64,000 nt of DNA from an uncultured archaeon (lineage in GTDB: Archaea; CAYFZR01): positions 17,814-81,813 of the forward strand of contig CAYFZR010000032.1 in NCBI GenBank assembly GCA_964347835.1, given 5' to 3'. Made by a program: the position numbers and the translations under genes. This document shows positions 31,005 to 40,774 of the stretch, piece by piece. The notes under the pieces were generated by a model that ran no database searches, was not told the DNA's origin, and saw nothing but the letters and a program-made list of their open reading frames with translations. Within the stretch, counting starts at the first letter, position 1. Each line of letters starts with the position of its first letter.

Positions 31005-31278
31005 TTATGATAAGAATTTTTGATTAATAAAAGGCCATATCACAGTTAATAGAATAATAAGCAAACCTAAAATTATGCCTAACAGTCCCAATATCAATCC
31101 CCAGTGCAATTCACCGTCCTCACGATAATGATACATAATGGATTGATACTGTATATGGATGCCGATATAGAACAAATAGAGTATTCCACCACTAACAACT
31201 AAAAATTACTAAATAATATACTACTTTAGGCCAAAGTAAGAGCAATAATAAAATCGCTCCAATTATCATCCCTTTCAT
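31005..31278 (-). pseudogene. Possible frameshifted small 3-TM membrane-protein gene (two overlapping frames joined at an A5/T5 homopolymer)
   Basis: Own translation MKGMIIGAILLLLLLWPKVVYYLVIFSC then, in another frame, GGILYLFYIGIHIQYQSIMYHYREDGELHWGLILGLLGIILGLLIILLTVIWPFINQKFLS; no track ORF of 60 aa or more. Confidence 0.2.
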
Positions 31279-31515
31279 CCACGTCTTCACTTCCACACCT
31301 ATCACTCTATGCAATATTAGAGGTATAAAGATTGGTCATAGTTCAAGCGCGGCAATACTTTTATACTGAGAAGGGGTCGATTTTTTTAATTTAAGTTAAA
31401 TTGGCATCACTGCTTGCATACATCTTAACTTAACAGAACCTTAAGGGGCACGAGAACTCTTATTTAGACAATTAGGCAATCATAGATCAGAAGGGATCCC
31501 ATAAGATTAAGTGAT

Positions 31516-31889
31516 TTGAAATTCCAGACTCTAAAGTATACCGGGGAGGGAAAAGAGATCGAGAAACCAGTAGCGATTTTGACTATAACTAGGCACAAAC
31601 CGAAAGATAATGAAAGGATGTCAATGGTCTTATCAGACGCAGTAATCGCTTTGCAGTGTTATTTAGAATTTGAACATGATTGGAAAGATAATCCTGAAGC
31701 ACCATTATGGATTTCCAAGGAAGCAAATCAATATATCGAAGTAAACGGAGAGAAGATTCCATATCTGGGTTATTATGGATTAAAAATATGATCAAAAGAA
31801 CTGCCAAAAAAGTAGGAATAAAAGGCAAAAAAATATCTCCTCATGGAATTCGACATAATTTAAGTATTATATATTCTAAGCATTATTAA
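31516..31889 (+). pseudogene. Tyrosine-recombinase (integrase) remnant: C-terminal catalytic-domain fragment, frameshifted and truncated at both ends
   Basis: Two overlapping track ORFs in different frames; second contains KRTAKKVGIKGKKISPHGIRHNLSI matching the HxLRH box II region; first resembles the preceding patch; no N-terminal domain. Confidence 0.5.
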
Positions 31890-31894
31890 GTAAT

Positions 31895-32548
31895 ATGATT
31901 AACGACTCAACAATGACAATTGCAATTATTATCTTTGTTTTGATATTAATTGCTTTGTTTCTCTCTGAAATAGTGATAATGTTCCCAGAAAGTTCTATTG
32001 AAGAGGAAATTAAAAGTAAAATCACACCAACAGATTCAGTGGTAAGAACTAAAGCAGTTCAAATTGCTAGAGAACATCCGGGAGAATGGAATATTGAACA
32101 AGCCTGTGATATATATGATTGGATAAAAGAAAATATTAGATATGTAAGTGATCCAAGAGGAATAGAATACATTGCACCTCCTAGAGAGACTATTATTGCA
32201 GGAGGAGGAGACTGCGACGACATTGCTATTTTGTCAGCATCTTTGATAGAAGCGATAGGTGGCTCTTCAAGAATCGTGTTGATCTATAAGAAAGGAGGAG
32301 GACATGCTGTCTGCGAGGTATATGCAGGGAATAAAAGGCATACAAAGGATTTAATTGATTATTTAGACACCCGATATATGTGGTCGTTCGCAGATTTCTA
32401 TGGATGGGAAATAGATGAAAATGGAGGGTGTTGGCTGATTTTTGATCCAGCAGGCGGAAATTGGGTTGGCGATATAGGTATTTCTGGTATTAGAACTTCT
32501 GAGACTGAGTGGAGATGGGATGGAGAAGTAAGTTACATATATCCTTAA
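31895..32548 (+). CDS. Transglutaminase-like Cys-protease-domain protein with N-terminal TM helix
   Basis: GGGDCDDIAILSASLIEAIG (Cys), GGHAVCEVY (His), WLIFDPAGGNW (Asp). Confidence 0.65.
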   Translation: MINDSTMTIAIIIFVLILIALFLSEIVIMFPESSIEEEIKSKITPTDSVVRTKAVQIAREHPGEWNIEQACDIYDWIKENIRYVSDPRGIEYIAPPRETIIAGGGDCDDIAILSASLIEAIGGSSRIVLIYKKGGGHAVCEVYAGNKRHTKDLIDYLDTRYMWSFADFYGWEIDENGGCWLIFDPAGGNWVGDIGISGIRTSETEWRWDGEVSYIYP

Positions 32549-32714
32549 AAAATGAAAAATAAGGTCTGAGGTTAGGATCGAGTTCGTTTACTTTGATTTT
32601 TCAAAATAATTATTGGGCAAGAGAAAAAAAACTTTTATATTAGTTACCAAGATTCGTATTAAAAAGTTGAAAGTAATAGCATGGCGTTAGTAGCGCCGAG
32701 TAGGAGGATCGATA

Positions 32715-33080
32715 ATGGCGCGAGTCATAAGGAGTTCAAATCCCTTCTTAAAAGATACAATTATAAAACTAGAAAAGATTTCTAAGGAAAATAATGCCAA
32801 TATCTGGAAAGATTTGGCAGGAAGATTGAAAAAATCTAGAAAAAGGAAGGCAGAGGTAAATTTAAGCAAGATAAACCGATATAGCAAGCCAAACGATATC
32901 ATAGCGGTTCCCGGGAAGGTCCTCGGAAGCGGATCGGTTTCACATCCGGTAAGCGTGGGTGCATTTAATTTCTCAAAAAATGCCCACGAAAAAATAACAA
33001 ATTCTGGAGGAGAGTGCCTTTCTTTAGTCGAACTTGCAAGAAAAAATCCTAAAGGAACCAATGTAATAATTATGGAGTGA
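32715..33080 (+). CDS. rpl18e: 50S ribosomal protein L18e (eL18)
   Basis: Family-typical sequence; conserved L18e-L13-S9 order. Confidence 0.85.
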   Translation: MARVIRSSNPFLKDTIIKLEKISKENNANIWKDLAGRLKKSRKRKAEVNLSKINRYSKPNDIIAVPGKVLGSGSVSHPVSVGAFNFSKNAHEKITNSGGECLSLVELARKNPKGTNVIIME

Positions 33081-33084
33081 TAAC

Positions 33085-33510
33085 ATGATAATAGACGGTG
33101 AAAAACACGTTCTTGGAAGGCTCGCAAGCATTGTTGCCAAGAGACTTCTAGAGGGAGAAAAGATACAAGTCATAAACGCTGAGAAAATAGTGATCACCGG
33201 AAAGAAGGAAACAATCTTAAGGGAGTATAAAGAATTGGTGAATAAAAAGAATATAGATAGTTACAAAAAAGGACCATATAGGCCAAAAAAACCAGATGGA
33301 TTGTTTAGAAGAACAGTAAGGGGCATGTTGCCTCACAAAAGAGCAAGGGGAAGAAAGGCATTGAAGGAATTGAAGGTGTATATTGGCACGCCCAAGGAAT
33401 TAGAGGGAAAAGAAGTCGAGAGAGTCAGTGATGCGGATGCAATAAAACTAGGAAGAGCCAAGTTAATCACCCTTGAAGAATTATGTAGGTTGCTAGGCTC
33501 AGATTTCTAG
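33085..33510 (+). CDS. rpl13: 50S ribosomal protein L13 (uL13)
   Basis: 141-aa ORF with uL13-typical sequence; conserved position between rpl18e and rps9. Confidence 0.9.
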   Translation: MIIDGEKHVLGRLASIVAKRLLEGEKIQVINAEKIVITGKKETILREYKELVNKKNIDSYKKGPYRPKKPDGLFRRTVRGMLPHKRARGRKALKELKVYIGTPKELEGKEVERVSDADAIKLGRAKLITLEELCRLLGSDF

Positions 33511-33518
33511 GTGGTATC

Positions 33519-33923
33519 ATGACTAAGAATATTGTTATTTCCGTGGGGAAGAGAAAAACCTCAATTGCAAGAGCGGTGATAAGAGAGGGTAGTGGAAGAA
33601 TAAGAATAAACAAGATTCCTATTCAGTTAATAGAGCCAGAATTAGCTAAATTAAAGCTAATGGAACCTGCATTATTGGCCAAAGATGTAATAGACGGTGT
33701 AGATATAGACGTTAACGTAGAAGGCGGAGGAGTTATGTCCCGAGCAGAAGCTTGCAGAGTCGCCATAGCGAGAGGTTTAGTAGATTGGACAAAGGATGCA
33801 GGACTAAAGAACACTTTCTTAGAGCACGATAGAAATTTGCTTATATGGGATAAAAGAAGGACAGAACCAAAGAAATACGGTGGAAAAAAGGCTAGAGCAA
33901 GGAGACAGAAGTCATATAGGTGA
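33519..33923 (+). CDS. rps9: 30S ribosomal protein S9 (uS9)
   Basis: C-terminal basic tail [12 protein letters not shown]. Confidence 0.9.
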   Translation: MTKNIVISVGKRKTSIARAVIREGSGRIRINKIPIQLIEPELAKLKLMEPALLAKDVIDGVDIDVNVEGGGVMSRAEACRVAIARGLVDWTKDAGLKNTFLEHDRNLLIWDKRRTEPKKYGGKKARARRQKSYR

Positions 33924-33956
33924 TCTAATGATCGTTCTAGTAAGGAAATCTACACA

Positions 33957-34031
33957 GGGGCCGTGGGGTAGGTTGGTCCATCCTCTCGGACTGGGGGTCC
34001 GGTGACTCGAGTTCAAATCTCGGCGGCCCCA
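33957..34031 (+). tRNA. tRNA-Pro (anticodon GGG), 75 nt, no encoded CCA
   Basis: Hand fold: acceptor GGGGCCG/CGGCCCC, T-arm TCGAG-TTCAAAT-CTCGG, anticodon stem TCGGA/TCCGG, loop CTGGGGG; the D-arm to anticodon junction is 1 nt longer than canonical, so the fold needs tRNAscan confirmation. Confidence 0.7.
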
Positions 34032-34033
34032 TT

Positions 34034-34089
34034 CCACCTTCTGAAAGGTGGATCATCAGGTCGAGTTGCTTCGCAACTCAACAACTCAA
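34034..34089 (+). repeat. Structured repeat unit 1: hairpin CCACCTT-CTGA-AAGGTGG followed by a 39-nt element containing hairpin GAGTTGC-TTCG-GCAACTC
   Basis: gatcatcaggtcgagttgcttcgcaactcaacaactcaa is repeated 38/39 identical at 34187..34225. Confidence 0.7.
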
Positions 34090-34162
34090 CTAGAACTCCT
34101 CGAAAAAACAAAGCAAAATGTATGGGAGTTGTTCTACCTCCGAAGGATGTAGTTCCTTTGAT

Positions 34163-34225
34163 CAACCTTTAATAAAGGTTGAGGTCGATCATTAGGTCGA
34201 GTTGCTTCGCAACTCAACAACTCAA
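34163..34225 (+). repeat. Structured repeat unit 2 (hairpin CAACCTTT-AATA-AAGGTTG plus the 39-nt element) forming the 5' leader of rps2
   Basis: Ends 2 nt before the GGAGAGAG RBS, 15 nt before the S2 ATG at 34241. Confidence 0.7.
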
Positions 34226-34240
34226 ATAAGGAGAGAGAAT

Positions 34241-34840
34241 ATGGAAGAGGAAGCAGAAGGTCTTTTGGTACCTTTGGATAAGTATCTCGCAGCTGGAATC
34301 CATATTGGCACACAGCAAAAAACGAAGGATATGAAACAGTTCATTTATAGAGTAAGACCCGATGGATTGTATGTGCTAGACATAAAGAAGGTTGACGAAA
34401 GATTGAGAGTAGCAGCAAAATTAATCGCTAGGTATAGTCCAAAAGAAGTACTGGTGGTCTCTTCTAGACAATATGGATTTAATCCAATAAAGAAATTCTC
34501 AGAGATCACGAACACAATAGCAATACCGGGCAGGTTTATACCTGGCACACTCACAAACCCCAAATCTCAAAGTTACATAGAGCCAAAGTTGTTGTTGGTA
34601 ACAGACCCACTAGGAGACTCTCAAGCAATAGAAGAAGCGCAAAAGACCAAAATTCCAGTGATAGCATTGTGTGATACCAATAATGCAACAAGAAACATTG
34701 ACCTAATAGTACCTACCAACAATAAAGGCAGAAAAGCCCTCATGTTGGTATACTGGGTTTTGGCAAGAGAGGTAATGAAAGAAAGAAAAGAAATAAAAGG
34801 GGATGATGAATTCCCATATACGCCTGAAGAGTTTGAGTGA
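34241..34840 (+). CDS. rps2: 30S ribosomal protein S2 (uS2)
   Basis: [47 protein letters not shown] matches archaeal uS2 N-terminus; track ORF starts at 34202 but the RBS supports 34241. Confidence 0.85.
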   Translation: MEEEAEGLLVPLDKYLAAGIHIGTQQKTKDMKQFIYRVRPDGLYVLDIKKVDERLRVAAKLIARYSPKEVLVVSSRQYGFNPIKKFSEITNTIAIPGRFIPGTLTNPKSQSYIEPKLLLVTDPLGDSQAIEEAQKTKIPVIALCDTNNATRNIDLIVPTNNKGRKALMLVYWVLAREVMKERKEIKGDDEFPYTPEEFE

Positions 34841-34849
34841 GGGTAAGAT

Positions 34850-35680
34850 ATGAGAGAACCTAGTGTTGCGGGTCAATTTTATCCCTCTAATACAAAAGCA
34901 TTAAAATCCGCCGTAGAGAACTGTTATCTCCATAGTCTTGGTCCGGGAAAAACTCCTGACATAGGTAAAGAAAGGAAGATAGTAGGGGCAGTTGTACCCC
35001 ACGCAGGTTACATGTATTCTGGTCCTGTCGGTGCTTATGCTTACTATGAGATTGGATCAGACGGAAAACCTGAGACTTTTGTTATAATTGGTCCAAATCA
35101 TACAGGAATAGGTGCAGGAGTAGCATTGAGTAGCCTAAGGTGGAAGACTCCATTAGGGGAGGTAAATACGGATAAAGAATTCGTAGAAAAATTAAGTTCC
35201 CTTGGATTTGAAGTAGATGATGATGCCCATATGTATGAGCACTCTCTAGAGGTCCAACTTCCTTTTTTACAGGAATTATACCATGATTTCTCCGTAGTGA
35301 GCATTTCAATCTGGATGCAAGATTATGAGACTTGTGAAGAACTAGGAGAAGCTATATCGAGAGTTTCAAAAGAATTAGATCGGGAAATAATCGTTTTGGC
35401 GAGTACCGATTTTTCTCATTATGAGCCTCATGATGTGGCAAACATAAAGGATAACATGGCAATCCAAGCGATAGTTGATATGGACCCCTACGAACTAAGC
35501 GAAGTGGTGAACTCGGAAAATATATCCATGTGCGGAGTAGGTCCGACCATATCCGCTTTGGTTGCAGCAAAAGAACTCGGCGTAAAAAAGAGTTTATTGC
35601 TGAAATATGCAACAAGCGGAGATATTACAGGAGATAAATCTAGAGTAGTGGGATACGCCTCTATTATAATGAGGAGATAA
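34850..35680 (+). CDS. MEMO1-family protein (AmmeMemoRadiSam system protein B-like)
   Basis: SVAGQFYP N-terminus, VPHAGY and IGPNHTG motifs; conserved archaeal neighbour of rps2 and mvk. Confidence 0.7.
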   Translation: MREPSVAGQFYPSNTKALKSAVENCYLHSLGPGKTPDIGKERKIVGAVVPHAGYMYSGPVGAYAYYEIGSDGKPETFVIIGPNHTGIGAGVALSSLRWKTPLGEVNTDKEFVEKLSSLGFEVDDDAHMYEHSLEVQLPFLQELYHDFSVVSISIWMQDYETCEELGEAISRVSKELDREIIVLASTDFSHYEPHDVANIKDNMAIQAIVDMDPYELSEVVNSENISMCGVGPTISALVAAKELGVKKSLLLKYATSGDITGDKSRVVGYASIIMRR

Positions 35681-35682
35681 TT

Positions 35683-36639
35683 TTGATCATAGCTTCTGCA
35701 CCCGCTAAGACGATATTGTATGGCGAGCATGCGGTTGTATACGGCGAGCCGAGCATCGCTTGCGCAATAGATATAAGAGTCAAAACAAAGATATCTGAGA
35801 GCGGCACAATCGAAATAAAGGCAAAAGACGTTATTAAAACCGACATTGATACAATTTTAGACAGAAAACACATATCTATGAGAAATAAGGGTGAATTGAG
35901 ATACGTACTGACAGCCATAGATAAGACCTTTGAAAAAATAGGCAAAGAAAAAACTTTTTGTCTAGATATAAGTTCTAACATTCCAGTTGGTGTTGGTTTA
36001 GGTTCTTCGGCTTCTGCTGTGGTTTCTACTATATCAGCACTTTCTAATTTTATGAAAGAACCTCTCGAAATCAAAGAGATTTCTGAACTGGCCTATGAGG
36101 TGGAGTTAGAAGTACAGGGAGCAGCTAGCAGAATTGATACTTCAGTCATAACGTATGGCGGAGGTGTTTTGGTAAGGGGCTCAGACATAAGGCTAATCGA
36201 TATAGAGTTGCCTATGGTAATAGGCAATACTGGAATTACGGGTGATACAGGTAAACTAGTTGCTAAGGTAAGAGAGAGAAGAGAGAGAAATCCAGAAATA
36301 ATCGATAGAATTATAGCATCTATTGGCGAGATCACCCTTAAGGCACTGGATGCTTTGAATAACAAGGACTACATAAAAATAGGCGAGCTCATGGACATAA
36401 ATCATGGATTATTGGATTCATTGGGTGTTGTAACAAAAGAACTCTCTGAACTCGTACATGTAGCTAGGAGAGCAGGATCTTTAGGAGCAAAAATGACGGG
36501 TGCTGGAGGAGGCGGATGCATAATCGCGTTTGCTCCTGGAATTGAAAAAAAAGTTGTAAGCGCTATAAGAGAAATCGGATGTTCTTCTTTTATATCTTCT
36601 ATATCCAAAGAAGGGGTGAGAATAGAGAGTGATAATTAA
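35683..36639 (+). CDS. mvk: Mevalonate kinase (GHMP kinase)
   Basis: GHMP motif PVGVGLGSSASAVVS; KTILYGEHAVVYG N-terminus. Confidence 0.85.
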   Translation: MIIASAPAKTILYGEHAVVYGEPSIACAIDIRVKTKISESGTIEIKAKDVIKTDIDTILDRKHISMRNKGELRYVLTAIDKTFEKIGKEKTFCLDISSNIPVGVGLGSSASAVVSTISALSNFMKEPLEIKEISELAYEVELEVQGAASRIDTSVITYGGGVLVRGSDIRLIDIELPMVIGNTGITGDTGKLVAKVRERRERNPEIIDRIIASIGEITLKALDALNNKDYIKIGELMDINHGLLDSLGVVTKELSELVHVARRAGSLGAKMTGAGGGGCIIAFAPGIEKKVVSAIREIGCSSFISSISKEGVRIESDN

Positions 36640-37393
36640 AATAGGTGGCTCAGTGATATCTGAAAAGAAAATTGATTTCAGTTTCAGGGAGGATGTCATT
36701 AAAAGACTAGCAAGAGAGATAAAGGAACTTGATAAAGATTTGATTCTTGTTCACGGAGGAGGATCCTTTGGCCATCCTATTGCCAGAAAATTCAATATTA
36801 GAGAGATATTCTCACTGGAAGGGTTTGCAGAGATTCATTGCAGTATGAGAAAATTGAATTTTATGATATCAAGGTGTTTTATTGAAGAAGGACTTTATGT
36901 TGTAGGTCTTTCTCCATCATCCTTTATCACTACCAAAGACGGAAGGATATATCGAATTTACCTAGAAACAATAAGAAACATAATTGATTTAGGTATGATA
37001 CCTCTATTGCACGGTGATGTTGTAGTAGATTTGGAAAAGGGGTGCGATATCTTATCTGGAGATCAAATAGTGAGATTTTTGGCAAAGAAATTCGGAATGG
37101 ATGTGATATTCTTGACAGATGTGGATGGCATATACACGAAAGACCCTAAAAAATACAAGGATGCAATGTTAATACGAGAGTTAGATGCACAGTCCTTAGA
37201 TAAGATTAAATTAGAACCAATAGATCCAAATAATAAGGATGTAACTGGAGGAATGAAACAAAAATTCGACGAAATACGCGAAATCATCAAATATTCTAAC
37301 GTCATTATTGTAAACGGAATGCGATCAAACGTTATAAGACTCGCACTGGATGGTGAGGGGCCATCCACAATTATTGAGAGGAAAGGTGAATGA
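36629..37393 (+). CDS. Isopentenyl phosphate kinase (amino-acid-kinase family)
   Basis: IIKIGGSVIS and LVHGGGSFGH motifs; sits between mvk and fni. Confidence 0.8.
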   Translation: MIIKIGGSVISEKKIDFSFREDVIKRLAREIKELDKDLILVHGGGSFGHPIARKFNIREIFSLEGFAEIHCSMRKLNFMISRCFIEEGLYVVGLSPSSFITTKDGRIYRIYLETIRNIIDLGMIPLLHGDVVVDLEKGCDILSGDQIVRFLAKKFGMDVIFLTDVDGIYTKDPKKYKDAMLIRELDAQSLDKIKLEPIDPNNKDVTGGMKQKFDEIREIIKYSNVIIVNGMRSNVIRLALDGEGPSTIIERKGE

Positions 37394-38466
37394 AAGAGAA
37401 AGAGTCAGACATGAGGAAGAGGAAATTAGACCACATTGAGATTTGTCTAAAAGAAAATGTTGAGAGTAAGAGAAAGACGGGATTTGAGGATGTTCATTTT
37501 ATTCATGAATGTATCCCTAATATAAATTTTAGTGATATAGACTGTAGTTGCGAATTTTTTGGCAAAAAAATATCTGCTCCGGTAATCGTAGCTGGAATGA
37601 CTGGCGGACACATTGATGCAAAAAAAATAAATAAAAACATCGCAAGAGCAGTTCAAGATCTTGGTTTGGGCATGGGAGTCGGAAGTCAAAGACCTGGAAT
37701 TGAAGATGAAAGTTTAATGGATACATACAAGGTCAGAGATGAAGCACCTGAAATCTTGCTTATAGCAAACCTAGGTGTTCCGCAGTTCATGAAGTATACC
37801 GCTAAAGAAGCGAACAAGGCTGTAGAAAAGATAGAGGCTGACGCTCTCGCGATACACCTAAACCCTTTACAGGAATTAGTCCAACCGGAGGGCGATGTGG
37901 AGACAAAGGGTCTTAAAGAAAAGTTAAAAAAAATAATAAAAGACGTAAGGTATCCATGTATTGCAAAAGAGACTGGAGCAGGAATTTCTTATGAAAATGC
38001 CCTTGAACTTAAGGAGATAGGCTTCTCAGGGATAGATGTGGGTGGTTTAGGAGGGACCTCTTTCTCAGCGGTGGAAACTTATAGGACTGGAGACTTTCCT
38101 CTAAAAAAAAGATTAGGAGAAGTTTTGTGGGACTGGGGCATCCCAACCGCCATCTCTACCTTTGAGGTGAGGAAGGCACTTCCAAACATGAAGATAATAT
38201 CAACAGGGGGAATAAGAACCGGCCTAGATATTGCTAAAGCACTAGCATTGGGAGCGGATGCGGTAGGAATAGCCTTACCGGTCCTTAAGAAGGCAGTAAT
38301 AGGCGAAAAGCAAACTAAAGATTATCTCGAAGAAATAGTACTCCAACTTCGTGGAGTCATGTATCTGCTAAATGCCGAAAAAATAAAAGACTTAAAAAGT
38401 AAGAATGTTGTAATCTCTGGCGAGACACGTGAGTACATGAAGGTGAGGGGGTTTGAAGTTGGCTAA
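37390..38466 (+). CDS. fni: Isopentenyl-diphosphate delta-isomerase type 2 (FMN-dependent)
   Basis: RKLDHIEIC, TIM-barrel Gly-rich phosphate-binding motifs (TGGIRTGLD). Confidence 0.85.
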   Translation: MKEKESDMRKRKLDHIEICLKENVESKRKTGFEDVHFIHECIPNINFSDIDCSCEFFGKKISAPVIVAGMTGGHIDAKKINKNIARAVQDLGLGMGVGSQRPGIEDESLMDTYKVRDEAPEILLIANLGVPQFMKYTAKEANKAVEKIEADALAIHLNPLQELVQPEGDVETKGLKEKLKKIIKDVRYPCIAKETGAGISYENALELKEIGFSGIDVGGLGGTSFSAVETYRTGDFPLKKRLGEVLWDWGIPTAISTFEVRKALPNMKIISTGGIRTGLDIAKALALGADAVGIALPVLKKAVIGEKQTKDYLEEIVLQLRGVMYLLNAEKIKDLKSKNVVISGETREYMKVRGFEVG

Positions 38467-39457
38467 GATAAACGATGTTCTTAGTGTACTAGAAGAGAAA
38501 TCAAAGAAGTTAGATCCTATAATACTCTCATGCTTCGAAGGACGAGAAGAATCGGACGTTTTGTATAAAGCATCAAGGCATCTCATTGAAGCAGGAGGGA
38601 AGAGAATAAGACCTTCTCTAACCATTTTATCGTGCCTTGCTCTGGGAGGAAATGAAGAAGAAGTTTTACCTGTTGCAGCAGCCTTCGAACTCATACATAC
38701 CTTTACGCTTATTCACGATGATATAATGGATGATGATGATTTTAGAAGAGGATTGCCTACAGTTCATAAACAGTGGGATGTTCCTACTGCAATACTCTCT
38801 GGTGATACTCTATTCGCCTTAGCCTTTGAATTGGTTTCTTCCAGTAATTTGATAGAGACGCAACTATCCAGAGAGATATTGAATATCATAGCAAAGACTG
38901 CAGTTATCATATGTGAAGGTCAAACGATGGATCTAGAATTTGAAAAACGGTGGGATGTCAAAGAAAACGAATATCTAGAAATGATAGAAAAGAAAACCGC
39001 TTCGTTGTTAAGTGCTTCAGCAATGGCCGGATCGATTGTTGCAAGAGGCTCGGAGGAACAAGTAAAGCGGATAGCAAATTACGGAAGATATCTGGGTATA
39101 GCATTCCAAATAAAGGATGATTTGCTTGGTATTTTGGGAGAGAAATCCGAATTAGGTAAACCAGTAGGAAGTGACGTCGAACAAGGAAAGAAAAATTTAA
39201 TCATACTGCATGCCCTACAAAATTGTAATGAAGAAGATAAAGAATTTTTACTGAATCGTTTGGGAAAAGATGTCCCAGACCATGAATTAAATAAAATTAT
39301 CGGTATACTTGAAAACACAAGATCTATAGAGTATGCAGAAAAAAAAGCAAGAGATCTAGTAGATATGGCAAAACGATGCATAAACGCTCTTCCTAAATCA
39401 GAGACACAAGAGATATTGCTCAAGCTAGCGGATTTTGTGGTAGAACGAAAGTTTTAA
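38453..39457 (+). CDS. idsA: Geranylgeranyl diphosphate synthase (short-chain trans-prenyltransferase)
   Basis: First DDxxD motif [11 protein letters not shown] and second FQIKDDLLG. Confidence 0.8.
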   Translation: MKLAKINDVLSVLEEKSKKLDPIILSCFEGREESDVLYKASRHLIEAGGKRIRPSLTILSCLALGGNEEEVLPVAAAFELIHTFTLIHDDIMDDDDFRRGLPTVHKQWDVPTAILSGDTLFALAFELVSSSNLIETQLSREILNIIAKTAVIICEGQTMDLEFEKRWDVKENEYLEMIEKKTASLLSASAMAGSIVARGSEEQVKRIANYGRYLGIAFQIKDDLLGILGEKSELGKPVGSDVEQGKKNLIILHALQNCNEEDKEFLLNRLGKDVPDHELNKIIGILENTRSIEYAEKKARDLVDMAKRCINALPKSETQEILLKLADFVVERKF

Positions 39458-39534
39458 GAACTAAAGACATTATTTTAGACAAGATCTATACAATGACTGA
39501 TGAGGGGAAATACCCTAAAGGAGGTAGTTTAATT

Positions 39535-39906
39535 ATGGCAAAAGCCGTTTATGTCAGATTTGAAGTTCCAAAAGAGGTCTATGACAAAGCATATGAGGCC
39601 ATAGAATTAGCAAGAACAACTGGAAAGATTAAAAAAGGAGTTAACGAAACAACCAAGGTAGTAGAGAGAAGAGAGGCTCAGTTAGTAATTATCGCGGAAG
39701 ATGTTGAGCCGCCGGAGATTGTTGCCCACCTCCCAATTTTATGCGAGGATAAAGAAACTCCTTATGTATATGTTCCGAAAAAGTTTGATTTAGGGAGTTC
39801 AGCTGGAATAGACGTTTCTTCTTCTGCTATAGCGATCGTTAAGTCGGGAGATGCCAAAGAATTGATTGAAGAAATCGTTGGCAAAATTGAGGAATTAAAA
39901 ACATAG
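39535..39906 (+). CDS. rpl7ae: 50S ribosomal protein L7Ae (kink-turn binding)
   Basis: [24 protein letters not shown]...[25 protein letters not shown]; GGAGGT RBS; track ORF 39493 is an upstream extension. Confidence 0.9.
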   Translation: MAKAVYVRFEVPKEVYDKAYEAIELARTTGKIKKGVNETTKVVERREAQLVIIAEDVEPPEIVAHLPILCEDKETPYVYVPKKFDLGSSAGIDVSSSAIAIVKSGDAKELIEEIVGKIEELKT

Positions 39907-39916
39907 GGGAATTTAA

Positions 39917-40126
39917 ATGACAGAAGAATCAACTCCAGCAGAGGTTATAGAAATCAAGGGAAGAACCGGAATGACAGGAGAGGTAATCCAAGTTAGGTGT
40001 AAAATACTGGAAGGTAGGGACAAAGGAAGAATACTCACAAGAAACGTCATGGGTCCAGTTAGATTAGGAGATATTCTGGCCTTAAAAGAAACTGAAAGAG
40101 AAGCAAGAAAACTATCTGCCCCTTAG
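39917..40126 (+). CDS. rps28e: 30S ribosomal protein S28e
   Basis: 69 aa; [11 protein letters not shown]...[20 protein letters not shown]. Confidence 0.85.
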   Translation: MTEESTPAEVIEIKGRTGMTGEVIQVRCKILEGRDKGRILTRNVMGPVRLGDILALKETEREARKLSAP

Positions 40127-40315
40127 GTGATATTTTTGCCTGAGAAAAGAAATTGCTCATTCTGCGGAAACGATATCAAAGCAGGAACTGGAAAGATGTT
40201 TGTGAAGAATGATGGTACCATATTTCACTTTTGTTCATCTAAATGTGAAAAAAATATGTTAAAATTGAAAAGAGTACCTAGGAAGATACGATGGACATCT
40301 TATTCTAGAGGATAA
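40127..40315 (+). CDS. rpl24e: 50S ribosomal protein L24e
   Basis: CSFCGNDIKAGTGKMFVKNDGTIFHFCSSKC zinc-ribbon. Confidence 0.85.
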   Translation: MIFLPEKRNCSFCGNDIKAGTGKMFVKNDGTIFHFCSSKCEKNMLKLKRVPRKIRWTSYSRG

Positions 40316-40316
40316 A

Positions 40317-40772
40317 ATGATGGAAAGAACATTCGTTATGATAAAACCGGATGGAGTATCCAGAGGACTAATCGGTGAAATTATAAGGCGTATAGAGAGT
40401 AGAGGGCTCAAGATTTCTGGAGCGAGGATGATATGGATAGATAGAGATCTGGCGGAAAGACTTTATGAAATTCACAAAGATAAGCCATTTTTTGAATCGA
40501 CCATATCTTTTGTTACTTCTTCTCCCGTATTAGCCATGGTAGTTGAAGGAAAGAACGTAGTAAATGTTATTAGAGACATGGTAGGGGCTACAGACCCTAA
40601 AGATGCTATAACAGGCACCATACGTGGAGATTTTGCAATTGATATCGGGAGAAATGTCATACATGCTGCTGATTCTTTAGAAAATGCAAAGATAGAAATC
40701 TCTTTATTTTTTACTGAGGAAGAAATATTCAACTACGAAAGAACAGATAATGATTGGTTGTACGAGGTGTAA
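40317..40772 (+). CDS. ndk: Nucleoside diphosphate kinase
   Basis: ERTFVMIKPDGV, NVIHAADS (active-site His), 151 aa. Confidence 0.9.
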   Translation: MMERTFVMIKPDGVSRGLIGEIIRRIESRGLKISGARMIWIDRDLAERLYEIHKDKPFFESTISFVTSSPVLAMVVEGKNVVNVIRDMVGATDPKDAITGTIRGDFAIDIGRNVIHAADSLENAKIEISLFFTEEEIFNYERTDNDWLYEV

Positions 40773-40774
40773 CT

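Noticed and set aside
31020-31520. Searched for a tRNA gene or att direct repeat beside the integrase remnant
   Set aside because: No cloverleaf-compatible sequence found within 500 bp upstream and no duplicated tRNA 3' half. The nearest tRNA (Pro) is 2 kb away and shares no repeat.
34034-34225. Possible C/D-box sRNA or mini-CRISPR formed by the duplicated 39-nt element after tRNA-Pro
   Set aside because: Only two copies, with a 97-nt spacer. On the minus strand copy 1 has a C-box-like CTGATGA but copy 2 has TAATGA, and no consistent C/D/C'/D' arrangement fits either strand. Spacing and copy number do not fit a CRISPR array.
35082-35309. Two nested minus-strand ORFs inside the MEMO-like gene
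   Set aside because: Antisense shadow ORFs. The sense strand has the MEMO family motifs.
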